Source of the DNA: Patescibacteria group bacterium
Lineage (GTDB): Bacteria > Patescibacteriota > Patescibacteriia > 2-01-FULL-39-33
Direction of reading: 5' to 3'
NCBI GenBank assembly: GCA_041650895.1
Contig: JBAZKF010000001.1
Location: 765,181 to 829,180 of the forward strand
Length of the DNA stretch: 64,000 nt
Shown: one piece after another, positions 1-8,790 of the stretch
Position numbering within the stretch: position 1 is the first letter of the stretch
Layout of the letters: each line of letters begins with the position of its first letter
The notes under the pieces: model-generated
Database searches by the model: none
Seen by the model: only the letters and a program-made list of their open reading frames with translations
What the model was told of the DNA's origin: nothing
Program-made: the position numbers and the translations under genes

Positions 1-363
1 GAATGTGGTTTATTCTATGGCGAATGCGATAAGCGCGAATCGCTCAGAAAAAAAATCCAACAGGATCCCGAATCCATTATGGTAGCCAAATCAGGGGGTA
101 AGATTATCGGCACGGTGGTAATTATTTTTGATTATTATATTTCCTATGTTTATCGCTTGGGAGTACTGCCGCAGTATCGTTCACAGGGGATCGGCAAGCT
201 TTTGGCGGACGAGGCTCTGAAAAGATTGAAGCGGAAAGGGGCTAATGGAGCTTGTTTTTTTGTGAATCCCGGTAATTCTTTGATGTTGAACGCCTGTCTT
301 AAACATGGCGGCTTGAAGAATTATGGCCCGTTTATTTATTTAGCCAAACCCTTAGACGACTGA
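1..363 (+). CDS. GNAT family N-acetyltransferase, 5' end truncated by window edge
   Basis: Frame 1 is open from nt 1. It carries the GNAT acetyl-CoA-binding motif 'QYRSQGIGKLLADEALKRLKRKGANGACFFVNPGN' (R/Q-x-x-G-x-G/A). Confidence 0.6.
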   Translation, partial: ECGLFYGECDKRESLRKKIQQDPESIMVAKSGGKIIGTVVIIFDYYISYVYRLGVLPQYRSQGIGKLLADEALKRLKRKGANGACFFVNPGNSLMLNACLKHGGLKNYGPFIYLAKPLDD

Positions 364-534
364 ATAGGTTTTTAGATTTCCGTTAAAAGCGGGAGTTTTT
401 GTTTTTTTGATTTGGTTGCTTCTTGACATAATCACGGTTATTTGATAAGGTATGATGATTATGTTGATTCTGGCGGGCTAGTACATTAAAACAGAGGGTA
501 ACGGATAGTTTCTTGCAACAGAAGGAGACAGATT

Positions 535-1200
535 ATGGCTATGAGTGTCAGGAAGCTGGTTGATTTGGTTGGCTTGAGGATGGCTTACAAGATTGCCGAG
601 AAGCGCTTTGTTTCAATTGAAAGTTTTTTAAATAATTTGACTTTTGCCGATTTGGAGAGATATTTGGAACATTTTTCCGGTAATTTTGGCGATTTTGATT
701 TGTTTACCGACCCACTTAAACATCGGCTAATGGAAACAGCCAGTTCTTTTTCCGATTGGCACAGGCTTTACCAGCATATTTATTCTGGTCGGGATTGGGA
801 ACGGGTCATCCTAGACTCGCTGATTGAAAAGGCTGACACTTTGGAAGAGCTGCTAATTGTTTCTGGTATCATGCTGAGTTGCGCTAATCACATTATAAAT
901 GATAAAGAGGGCGATCCCGACCTATCGGCAGTTGATCCTTATGCGTCTATTAGAAGAGACATATTAGTGAAGATAGGGCAGAAGACCCAGGAGATTATGG
1001 ACGCTACCGACTGCTCTGGCGGTTGTTTCAATGTTGATCGGCCCACTCTTCGTTTTATTTTTACAGCACTGTCTTGTATTTATGATAATGCCAGATTGGA
1101 ATTGACGTTGTCCTCTCGGCCTGATCCGCAGTTTATCTTGATGCGCGACAAGGCTTTGGAAAATCTGCGGATTTTAACTGCATTCGAGCGGTCTGCCTGA
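535..1200 (+). CDS. hypothetical protein (no recognisable domain)
   Basis: 221-aa ORF with a good SD (AAGGAG 9 nt upstream of ATG) and a clean rho-independent terminator downstream. Confidence 0.5.
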   Translation: MAMSVRKLVDLVGLRMAYKIAEKRFVSIESFLNNLTFADLERYLEHFSGNFGDFDLFTDPLKHRLMETASSFSDWHRLYQHIYSGRDWERVILDSLIEKADTLEELLIVSGIMLSCANHIINDKEGDPDLSAVDPYASIRRDILVKIGQKTQEIMDATDCSGGCFNVDRPTLRFIFTALSCIYDNARLELTLSSRPDPQFILMRDKALENLRILTAFERSA

Positions 1201-1222
1201 TCTGATCAAGGCTTGTTCAACT

Positions 1223-1250
1223 ACGTTGCCTCTAACGGCAACGTTTTTTA
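1223..1250 (+). terminator. rho-independent terminator
   Basis: Perfect 8-bp stem acgttgcc/ggcaacgt with a 6-nt loop, followed by TTTTTT. Confidence 0.6.
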
Positions 1251-1297
1251 TTACGCTAGTTTTTGTTTTTTTGCTTTCAATTTGCTAAGATAAAGCC

Positions 1298-2044
1298 ATG
1301 ACTAAATATTGTAGAGTAATTATTATTCTAGTGTGCGTGGCGCTTATCGGTCTATACCTTAATCGCGCTTATGCTTATATTTACTCCAAATTTGAATTAA
1401 TTCATCCGCCGGAAGAAAAAAATTATATGACTGAGGAAAAGGGGCAAAGGATGACTTATGTGGCTATAGGCGATTCGCTGACGGCTGGCGTAGGAGCTAC
1501 TTCCGCCGCCGCTTCTTTGCCCGGAGCTTTGGCGCAGAAAATTTCTGTCGCTTTGGGGGTGCAAGTCATTGTCAATAATTTGGGCGTGCCCGGAGCCACT
1601 AGTTTTGATATTCTGACCGGTCAAGTTATTGACGCTGGGCAGATGCAACCCCAGATGATTACTTTGTTCATCGGCACTAATGACATGCATAATTTTGTAC
1701 CGCGGGAAAAATTCAAAAGCAATCTGGAGGCCGTAGTCAGATCATTGCAACAAACCACTCAGGCGCAGATCTATCTGATTAATTTGCCTTACTTAGGCGC
1801 TCGGGATTTGGTGCTACCGCCTTACAACTGGTATTTTGAGTTAGAACTTAAGGAATATAATGCTGTTATTGCCGAAGTGGCGCGAGAGTCCGGAGTGAAA
1901 CTGATTGATTTGCATACTATTTCGGTCAAGCCGTTTTCCGCCGATCAGGGTGCTGTTTCCGGTGTGTATTCCCAAGACAGGTTCCACCCTTCGGATAAGG
2001 GTTACGCCCTGTGGGCTGATTTGATTTATGATGTTATTCAATAA
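1298..2044 (+). CDS. SGNH/GDSL-family hydrolase (esterase/lipase-like), N-terminal membrane anchor
   Basis: GDSL block 'VAIGDSLTAGVG', block III 'LFIGTNDM' and the catalytic D-x-x-H 'DRFHPSDKGYALWA'. There is an N-terminal hydrophobic segment. Confidence 0.75.
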   Translation: MTKYCRVIIILVCVALIGLYLNRAYAYIYSKFELIHPPEEKNYMTEEKGQRMTYVAIGDSLTAGVGATSAAASLPGALAQKISVALGVQVIVNNLGVPGATSFDILTGQVIDAGQMQPQMITLFIGTNDMHNFVPREKFKSNLEAVVRSLQQTTQAQIYLINLPYLGARDLVLPPYNWYFELELKEYNAVIAEVARESGVKLIDLHTISVKPFSADQGAVSGVYSQDRFHPSDKGYALWADLIYDVIQ

Positions 2045-3239
2045 TTACATCAATTACATCGCCGGCCAGACCGCTATCTTTTTAGCGCTTTTAGGCACGG
2101 CGGTTTTTATTTCCGCGCGTCGCCGAGTTACTCCCGGACTCTTGCCCAAGGAGATATCCAATGAGTTGCGCGGTTTGGCGATTTTAGGCGTGATTTTTTC
2201 TCACCTGACTTACGGTAAGTTTTACGGCACTGATTTTTTATTTCCTTTAGGGATTTGGGGCGGCGTGGCCGTTAATTTGTTTTTCTTTTTGTCCGGCTAC
2301 GGCTTAGCCGCATCGGCTATTTATCATCCTAAAACGATCGGGCAGTTTTATAAAAAACGGTTGTTAAAAATTTATTTGCCACTATGGCTGTCTTTGATTT
2401 CATTTTTGGCTTTGGACGCTTGGTTACTTAATCGTTTTTATCCGTCCTCAGAAGTTATTTTTTCTTTTGTTGGGTTTTTTCCGACCGCCAATCTTTGGTT
2501 TTCACTCAATTCGCCCCTCTGGTTTTTGACACCGTTAATTTTTTACTATTTATTATTCCCTTTGATTTTCCGGCCCAAGCATCCTTGGTTTTCTGCAGTG
2601 GCGATTACGGCCGTCAGCTTCCTGGCTTTTTGGCCGGGCTGGCCGGTATCAGGGCAAGTTTTAAAATTCTATCAGACGCATTCGCTGGCCTTTCCTCTGG
2701 GCGTTTTATTTGCTTTACTTTTGGTTTCTCCTCAAGCGGTTTGTCGGTTATGCCTTCGTCGTGACCGGTGCCGGTCTCGAGCGGTGGCGGAAAAGATTAA
2801 GTTTTGGTTTAGTAAAATGAGCCAGAGAAAGTGGCCGGCTGAATTTTTAATGCGCCTTAGATTCCAGTCTGATTATTGGCGTTGGTTTTTGGTTATTATT
2901 TTGGCTATAGCTGCCATTTATACCGCTTATTATTCCGGCGTCGGTCAAGGAATTTGGCATGAGCAACTAATTGCTTTGTTTACTATGCTGTGTCTGGTGC
3001 TGGCCTTTATTCTTAAAAAGACAAAATTTGTCCTGTTAGAGCTTTTTGGTGTTTATTCTTTTGAAGTTTATCTATTGCATTGGCCGATTATCGGCCGTTA
3101 CAGCAACTGGCTGGAATCCTGGCCGCCGGCGTTACTGGCTTTTATTTGGCTGACTGGCTTGCTGTTCTTGGGTTGGCTGTTCAGTTACTTAGTCAGGTTA
3201 CGTTTAAATAAAATTCTTAATAAAAAATCCTCTTGTTAA
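2028..3239 (+). CDS. acyltransferase family 3 (AT3, OafA/OatA-like) integral membrane O-acyltransferase
   Basis: About 10 hydrophobic helices. It has the AT3 signature 'LRGLAILGVIFSHL' (conserved R/H in TM1). It overlaps the SGNH gene by 17 nt. Confidence 0.7.
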   Translation: MMLFNNYINYIAGQTAIFLALLGTAVFISARRRVTPGLLPKEISNELRGLAILGVIFSHLTYGKFYGTDFLFPLGIWGGVAVNLFFFLSGYGLAASAIYHPKTIGQFYKKRLLKIYLPLWLSLISFLALDAWLLNRFYPSSEVIFSFVGFFPTANLWFSLNSPLWFLTPLIFYYLLFPLIFRPKHPWFSAVAITAVSFLAFWPGWPVSGQVLKFYQTHSLAFPLGVLFALLLVSPQAVCRLCLRRDRCRSRAVAEKIKFWFSKMSQRKWPAEFLMRLRFQSDYWRWFLVIILAIAAIYTAYYSGVGQGIWHEQLIALFTMLCLVLAFILKKTKFVLLELFGVYSFEVYLLHWPIIGRYSNWLESWPPALLAFIWLTGLLFLGWLFSYLVRLRLNKILNKKSSC

Positions 3240-3256
3240 CTCAAGAGGATTTTAAA
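3222..3256. terminator. bidirectional hairpin terminator overlapping the AT3 stop codon
   Basis: Perfect 12-bp stem aaaatcctcttg/caagaggatttt with loop ttaact (contains the stop), flanked by A- and T-runs. Confidence 0.55.
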
Positions 3257-3543
3257 ATCATGGCTTGTAATCCGACGCTATTCTGTTCTATCGTAAATAG
3301 TTTTCCTTTTCTTTTGGCCGACACCGGATAACCGTTGGTGTAAGTCGCGTTCCCATCGGGGTGTTTCTACTTGGCCGACTTGATCTGATGGCGGAGTGGC
3401 TTCATAAAACTCCTCGCCGTTTTTATCAGTGTAAATGTGGCGTCCTCTGTCGCAGTTTTCGGGATTTAGCATATTTTTGTCGTTATTTGTATGAATTATA
3501 ACTCTTGAGCCGAAAAAATCAAGCAGTGGCAATTCTGAGTAAA

Positions 3544-3568
3544 AATTGTTATAATCAAGATAACAATT
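3544..3568 (+). promoter_or_regulatory. extended -10 promoter (TGTTATAAT) embedded in a 9-bp perfect inverted repeat (AATTGTTAT-n7-ATAACAATT) immediately upstream of the dsbA-like start
   Basis: TGnTATAAT at 3547-3555. The palindrome arms are 3544-3552 and 3560-3568, and the ATG is at 3569. Confidence 0.45.
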
Positions 3569-4435
3569 ATGGATTATCCGTCGATTGACAACCGCCAGCG
3601 TAATTGGTGGAAAATGATATTGCTTGGTGTGGCTGTTTTGGTGGTTTTAGGTTTTTTTGCTTTGGTGGCGGTAGAGGTGGCATCACGGGAACAGAAAATG
3701 CGCGAGATATTAGATTTTGCCGGACAAGCTGAGAGTGGCCAGATTTTGGTTGGTAATCCGCTCTTAGAGCAATTATTGAACCAAATACCTAACGGTGTCA
3801 CGACTCAATCAACCGTGACTGAAGCACTGTTTCTTAACATCGTCAGTTCTACTATAAACAACTCAACTGTAGCCGCGTCTACCAGTATTAGTTCTGCTAC
3901 CATGAAAGATCCGGCTCGACAAAAAGCAGAGAAGACAGATCGTCCATACTTGGGTAATATTAATGCCCAATTAGTCATTGTGGAGTTCGCCGATTTCCAG
4001 TGCTCGGTTTGCCAAGAGGAGTTTTCTGTTATTCGCACCATTGCCAATAAGTATGAAAAGGATATTTTGTTTATTTTCCGTAATTACCCGGTCAAGGGTG
4101 ATGACTCTATGGTTTTGGCGCAGGCCGGTTATTGCGCTCAAGAGCAGGACAAGTTCTGGCCGTTTCACGATCGTTTGTTCCTGCAACAAGGAAACTTCAA
4201 TAATGAGGAAGAGTTTAATGCCATTATCAAATCCGCCGGTCTTAATCTGACGAAATTCAATAATTGCCTGAAGTCATTGAAATATCAGCCAAAGGTAACC
4301 GAGGATATTGCTGATGCTTTGGATTTGGGCGCTCGTGGCACCCCCACTTTTTATGTTAACGGCAAGAAGTTAGAGGGCGCTGTGCCCTTGGTTACCTGGG
4401 AAGAGTTGATTAAATTATATAAAGGAATCAAATGA
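3569..4435 (+). CDS. DsbA-like thioredoxin-fold thiol:disulfide oxidoreductase, membrane-anchored
   Basis: N-terminal TM helix and the CxxC active site 'FADFQCSVCQEEF' in a DsbA-like context. The stop overlaps the porG start (ATGA). Confidence 0.7.
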   Translation: MDYPSIDNRQRNWWKMILLGVAVLVVLGFFALVAVEVASREQKMREILDFAGQAESGQILVGNPLLEQLLNQIPNGVTTQSTVTEALFLNIVSSTINNSTVAASTSISSATMKDPARQKAEKTDRPYLGNINAQLVIVEFADFQCSVCQEEFSVIRTIANKYEKDILFIFRNYPVKGDDSMVLAQAGYCAQEQDKFWPFHDRLFLQQGNFNNEEEFNAIIKSAGLNLTKFNNCLKSLKYQPKVTEDIADALDLGARGTPTFYVNGKKLEGAVPLVTWEELIKLYKGIK

Positions 4436-4980
4436 CTATGATAGAAGTAAGAATACACGGCCGTGGCGGCCAGGGCTCGGTAACTTTGGCGGAACTTTTG
4501 GCGGAAGCCGCCTTTTATTCCGGCCAAGAGGCGCAGGCCTTTCCCAGTTTTGGCGTGGAGCGGCGCGGGGCGCCGGTAATGGCTTTTGTGCGTCTGGATA
4601 ATAAGCCGATTCGTTTGCGCAGTCAGGTTTACGCTCCTGATTATGCCATTGTCCAAGACGCTTCATTGCTTAACGATGAGAAACTGCTGGCTGACTTGAA
4701 GTCCGGAGCGGTAGTTTTGGTCAACACCAAAGAAGCGGAGTTGACGGCTAAATTGCCTCGCGGGATAAGAGTCAAATCGTTAGCCGCAACCGATATCGCC
4801 AAGGAAGTTTTAGGCCGGCCGATAATCAATACGATTATGCTTGGCGCCTTCGCCGGACTTATCGGCACCATTAAGATGACGGCGGTAGAGCAGGCGATCA
4901 AAAATCGTTTCAGCGGAGAGTTGGCGGACAAGAATATTCTCGCTGCCAAGAAGGGTTATGAAATAATCAGCAATAATTAG
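4432..4980 (+). CDS. porG: pyruvate/2-oxoacid:ferredoxin oxidoreductase gamma subunit
   Basis: 'IRIHGRGGQGSVTLAELLAEAAFYSGQEAQAFPSFGVERRGAPV' is the classic POR gamma signature. Confidence 0.85.
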   Translation: MTMIEVRIHGRGGQGSVTLAELLAEAAFYSGQEAQAFPSFGVERRGAPVMAFVRLDNKPIRLRSQVYAPDYAIVQDASLLNDEKLLADLKSGAVVLVNTKEAELTAKLPRGIRVKSLAATDIAKEVLGRPIINTIMLGAFAGLIGTIKMTAVEQAIKNRFSGELADKNILAAKKGYEIISNN

Positions 4981-4981
4981 T

Positions 4982-5257
4982 ATGAAGATAAAAATAACAG
5001 CCAAGCCCGGTACTACCAGTCAAGTCAAAACAGGCAATTGGCGAGAGAGCCATTATCCGGAGATTGATCACGAAAAGTGCATAGGTTGTTCGTTATGCGA
5101 ACAAGTTTGTCCGGAAGGTATTTGTTTTAAAACGGGCGAGAAGAATAAAGCCGGCAAGTTCTTTTATGAAAAGGACTTGGATTGGTGCAAGGGTTGCGGT
5201 ATTTGCGCCGAAGTCTGCCCGGTTAAAGCCATAACTATGAGGGAAGAAGAGAAATAA
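4982..5257 (+). CDS. porD: pyruvate:ferredoxin oxidoreductase delta subunit (2x[4Fe-4S] ferredoxin)
   Basis: Two CxxCxxCxxxCP motifs: 'CIGCSLCEQVCP' and 'CKGCGICAEVCP'. Confidence 0.8.
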   Translation: MKIKITAKPGTTSQVKTGNWRESHYPEIDHEKCIGCSLCEQVCPEGICFKTGEKNKAGKFFYEKDLDWCKGCGICAEVCPVKAITMREEEK

Positions 5258-5258
5258 T

Positions 5259-6395
5259 ATGAAAAAAATATTGGAAGGATCGCGAGCGATCGCGGAAACA
5301 ATCAGGAATATCGGCGTAGGTGTAGTTTCGGCTTATCCGATTACGCCTCAAACGCATATCGTTGAGGATTTGGCCAAGCTTAAGGCTGATGGCGAGGCGG
5401 ATTACGAATACGTCCGGTCGGAAAGCGAATTTGCCGCTTTATCCATACTTGTCGGCGCTTCGGCTGCCGGCGCGCGTACTTACACCGCCACCTCTTCGCA
5501 GGGCTTATTACTGATGACCGAAGTGATATTCAATGTTGCCGGTATGCGTTTGCCTATTGTTATGACTGACGCCAATCGTGCGATTTCGGCGCCGATTAAT
5601 ATTTGGAATGATCAGCAAGATGCGGTTACGATGCGCGATGCCGGCTGGATCATGTTCTATGGCGAAGATATGCAAGAAACGGTGGATTTGCATGTGTTGG
5701 CTTACAAGGTGGCCGAACAAGCGCTTATTCCGGTTATGGTTAATTTGGACGGCTTTGTTCTAACCCACGTAGTTGAACCGGTGGAAGTTCCGGAAAGCAA
5801 ACAGATCAAAAAGTATCTGCCGAATTTCAAGGCGTCAGAAAGATTAGATGTAAAGAATCCTTTAACTTTCGGCGCTTTCGCCACCCCGGCTCATTATATG
5901 GAAATTCGTCAGGAATTGCATGCTGACTTGGCGGTCAGTAAAAAGTTAATCGCCAAAGAGATGGTAGAGTTTACAAAGGTTTTTGGTCGCCGTCTTTCTT
6001 TGGTTGATTACTACGGCGATAAGAACGCCGATACTGTAGTGGTGACCATGGGTTCAGTCTTGGGGACGGTAAAAGAGGCGACGGATGAACTGAAAAAATC
6101 CGGCAAAAAAATTGGCGTGGTGAAAGTCAGTATCCTGCGGCCCTTCCCGACTGAAGAATTATCTAAATTGATCGGTAAAAAGAAAAATATTTTAGTAATT
6201 GATAAGTCAGTGTCCTTGGGCGAAGAGGGAATATTGGCTGGAGAGATCCGCCGCAACTTTTATGGTCGAAGCCAGGCCAAAATTGTCGGCGCAATCATGG
6301 GGTTGGGAGGCCGCGATATTACCAAGGAAATGATTAAGCAGACAGTTAAGTTGGCAGGGAAAACTAAGAGTCAAACAATTTTTGTCGGAAAATAA
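5259..6395 (+). CDS. porA: pyruvate:ferredoxin oxidoreductase alpha subunit
   Basis: Position in the por operon, and the N-terminal 'ILEGSRAIAETIRNIGVGVVSAYPITPQT' typical of the POR alpha domain. Confidence 0.85.
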   Translation: MKKILEGSRAIAETIRNIGVGVVSAYPITPQTHIVEDLAKLKADGEADYEYVRSESEFAALSILVGASAAGARTYTATSSQGLLLMTEVIFNVAGMRLPIVMTDANRAISAPINIWNDQQDAVTMRDAGWIMFYGEDMQETVDLHVLAYKVAEQALIPVMVNLDGFVLTHVVEPVEVPESKQIKKYLPNFKASERLDVKNPLTFGAFATPAHYMEIRQELHADLAVSKKLIAKEMVEFTKVFGRRLSLVDYYGDKNADTVVVTMGSVLGTVKEATDELKKSGKKIGVVKVSILRPFPTEELSKLIGKKKNILVIDKSVSLGEEGILAGEIRRNFYGRSQAKIVGAIMGLGGRDITKEMIKQTVKLAGKTKSQTIFVGK

Positions 6396-6399
6396 TTCT

Positions 6400-7293
6400 A
6401 TGAAAAAATACAAAGCGCCCCTATCTCATATCCTTAATCCCGGGCACTCGGCTTGCGCCGGTTGCGGTATGATTATTGCCGCTCGGTTAGTGACTGATAC
6501 GGCCGGACCCAATACTATTTTGACCAACGCTACCGGTTGCAGTGAGGTAACCACGACGCAATATCCCATGACCGCTTTTAAGGTACCGTGGATTCATTCA
6601 TTATTTGAGAATCCCTCTTGTCTGGCTTCCGGTATTTATCATGCTCTAAAGCATGAAGGAAAAGATCAGGAAGTGAACGTTATTGCCTTGGGTGGCGATG
6701 GTGCCACTTTTGATATCGGTTTGGGCCATATTTCCGGCATGTGGGAACGGGGTGATAATGTTTTGTACGTCTGCTACGACAATGAAGCGTATGAGAATAC
6801 CGGTTACCAGACATCAGGGTCTACGCCGCTTGATGCTAATACTACCACTGCGCCGGCCGGCAAAAAATCATTCGGCAATCCTACCAGAAAGAAGGATATG
6901 GTAGCCATCGCTTTGGCGCATCATGTGCCTTATGTAGCTACGGCTACCGTCGGTTATCCGGCTGATTTAGTTGCCAAAGTTAAGAAAGCGCTAAGTGTTA
7001 AGGGACCAAAATATTTACAATTGTACGTACCGTGTGTTCCGGGTTGGGGTATAAATCCTAAGGATACGATTAATGTCGCCAAGTTAGCCGTGCAAACCGG
7101 CTATTATCCGATCGTGGAATATGTTGACGGCGAGCTGACTAACAAAATGAAGATTACGCGGAAAAAGCCGGTGGAAGAATTCTTGAAGTTGCAGAAGCGC
7201 TTTAAGCATTTGTTTAAGCCGGGCGCGGAAGCCGAACTTAAAAAACTGCAAGATATTTGCGAGGAGAATATCAAGAGATTCGGATTGATGTAG
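6400..7293 (+). CDS. porB: pyruvate:ferredoxin oxidoreductase beta subunit (TPP-binding)
   Basis: TPP motif 'GGDGATFDIGLGHISGMWERGDNVLYVCYDNEAYENTGYQ'. The ATG at 6400 is preferred over the upstream in-frame TTG (6382) listed in the ORF track. Confidence 0.85.
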   Translation: MKKYKAPLSHILNPGHSACAGCGMIIAARLVTDTAGPNTILTNATGCSEVTTTQYPMTAFKVPWIHSLFENPSCLASGIYHALKHEGKDQEVNVIALGGDGATFDIGLGHISGMWERGDNVLYVCYDNEAYENTGYQTSGSTPLDANTTTAPAGKKSFGNPTRKKDMVAIALAHHVPYVATATVGYPADLVAKVKKALSVKGPKYLQLYVPCVPGWGINPKDTINVAKLAVQTGYYPIVEYVDGELTNKMKITRKKPVEEFLKLQKRFKHLFKPGAEAELKKLQDICEENIKRFGLM

Positions 7294-7376
7294 ATTATGA
7301 TATTTCCTGTTCGTTTCTGGCCGGGTAATTTATTTAGGCAAGTTAAATATAAGTTATAAAGAAAGGGGGTGATAAT

Positions 7377-7811
7377 ATGTTAGCATTAGTTTTACAAGTT
7401 GCGGGAGCGATGCCTGACGCGGCGCAACTGCAAGAATTGCAACGCCAGGCTATGGAGGCGGCTCAAGCCGGTCAAATTCCGGCCGGAGCCGGAGCCATGA
7501 TGGGTGGCGGACTGGGCGCCATGATGGGCGCTATGGCTATTTTCGGCGTTGTCTTCGTAATCGTCGGCATTGTTTTGGCTGTTTTGAGTCTGATTAATAT
7601 CTATCACTGGGGCATGGCCGATAAAGCCGCTTTTATTGCGGTTAATGAAGACAAAAAGAAATGGTTTTATATTTTGGTTTTAGTTCCGATTGTTTGCAGT
7701 TTAGTCGCCATTATTCCTATTCTTGGTTGGATTGTATCATTTATTGGAGGTATTTATTGGGTGGTAATGACACTGGTGTATTTTTTCGGCTTACGTACCA
7801 AGATTAAGTAA
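7377..7811 (+). CDS. hypothetical small membrane protein (Gly/Ala/Met-rich N-terminus, 2-3 TM helices)
   Basis: Strong SD (AAAGGGGGTGAT) 5 nt upstream of the ATG, and hydrophobic helices. Confidence 0.5.
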   Translation: MLALVLQVAGAMPDAAQLQELQRQAMEAAQAGQIPAGAGAMMGGGLGAMMGAMAIFGVVFVIVGIVLAVLSLINIYHWGMADKAAFIAVNEDKKKWFYILVLVPIVCSLVAIIPILGWIVSFIGGIYWVVMTLVYFFGLRTKIK

Positions 7812-7912
7812 ATGTAAGTTAAATTTTAAAAAATCGTCTAACTTTCTAGTTGGGCGATTTTTTATTTAAATTTAGATAAATAATCAGTTATCTGGCGGAG
7901 TGGATAAAACTA

Positions 7913-7941
7913 TTGACAAAATTATATAAATTTGCTATAAT
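7913..7941 (+). promoter_or_regulatory. consensus sigma70 promoter (TTGACA-17-TATAAT)
   Basis: TTGACA at 7913-7918, an exact 17-nt spacer and TATAAT at 7936-7941, about 65 nt upstream of the ORF at 8007. Confidence 0.55.
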
Positions 7942-8006
7942 TATATATTAATTCGGGAATCAGCCCGAGTTGAATTCGGCTGTAATGGCTGAAGGAGAAC
8001 CTTACA

Positions 8007-8444
8007 ATGAGTAAGAATTGGAAAAATCTGGCTTTAGCGACCGGCATGGCCTGGTTCATTATCATCGTTATGATTGTGGGAGCCTCGTGCTCCCGGGATC
8101 CGGAACAAGCAGATAATCAGCCGTCGCCGATCATTGATCCCATTAAGGAAGCGATTACTGTTGGTAACCATTCTTGGATTCCGTTTAATTGGGATTATGA
8201 GTACACTACTCAGGGAATCAGTGTTTCTGAAGCTAGTAGGATATTGAATGTTATCGATAATTTTGAATCGGCGAGACCCTGGCTGGAAATGACCGCTTGG
8301 AAACTAGAAGTGACTTATAAGAGTTATTTTCATTGTCAGTGTATTTACGGCGTTTGGGTTGATCACCGACTTAGGCCGGGGTATGTTGAGGAATATCAAG
8401 CCGGCGGTTATCCGACGGGGCGATATATCAAACAGGAGGAATGA
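8007..8444 (+). CDS. hypothetical lipoprotein/secreted protein
   Basis: Signal peptide followed by Cys ('IVGASCSRDPE'). SD AAGGAGA is upstream. Confidence 0.5.
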   Translation: MSKNWKNLALATGMAWFIIIVMIVGASCSRDPEQADNQPSPIIDPIKEAITVGNHSWIPFNWDYEYTTQGISVSEASRILNVIDNFESARPWLEMTAWKLEVTYKSYFHCQCIYGVWVDHRLRPGYVEEYQAGGYPTGRYIKQEE

Positions 8445-8698
8445 TGATTGTTTGGGCGGCAATTAGGAAGGACGGTAAGATATTTACCGCCTGCCGTCAC
8501 GGCAGGATTATCCAGAAATACGGTCGTTTTGCGCCACCTGGATTTTTTATTGGCGCGGAGCAGGGATTTGTGACTGAAGGTGGGGAGTTTGTTAACCGTC
8601 AGGAGGCAGCGAGAATCGCCTTTGAGTGCGGCCAAATCAAACAACCTAAAAAAAGATTGTTTTCCGAAGATGTCATACCTTACTGCCCCGATTGTTAG
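8441..8698 (+). CDS. hypothetical small protein (C-terminal CPDC)
   Basis: ATGA overlap with the preceding gene. No recognisable domain. Confidence 0.4.
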   Translation: MMIVWAAIRKDGKIFTACRHGRIIQKYGRFAPPGFFIGAEQGFVTEGGEFVNRQEAARIAFECGQIKQPKKRLFSEDVIPYCPDC

Positions 8699-8790
8699 CA
8701 TTCATCGTGTTATTACTGTCTGACAATGTGAGTCAGGCGGTTTTATCCATAATCAAGCCGGAATAATCCGGCAACCCAAGGAGATGAGAC

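Noticed and set aside
1397-1690. Antisense or overlapping ORFs inside well-supported genes (e.g. 1397-1690-, 10736-11128-, 35855-36259-, 55783-56289-, and many 60-130-aa ORFs inside the giant genes)
   Set aside because: They lie entirely within long ORFs that have strong motif evidence on the other frame or strand. They are typical shadow ORFs.
3278-3532. 84-aa minus-strand ORF in the spacer between the AT3 gene and dsbA
   Set aside because: It has no recognisable motif and no SD. It overlaps the shared intergenic motif (TGGCGGAGTGG) and the promoter region of dsbA, so it is more likely non-coding regulatory DNA.
6382-6399. TTG start for porB overlapping porA
   Set aside because: An ATG at 6400, just after the porA stop, gives the conventional N-terminus MKKYKAP.
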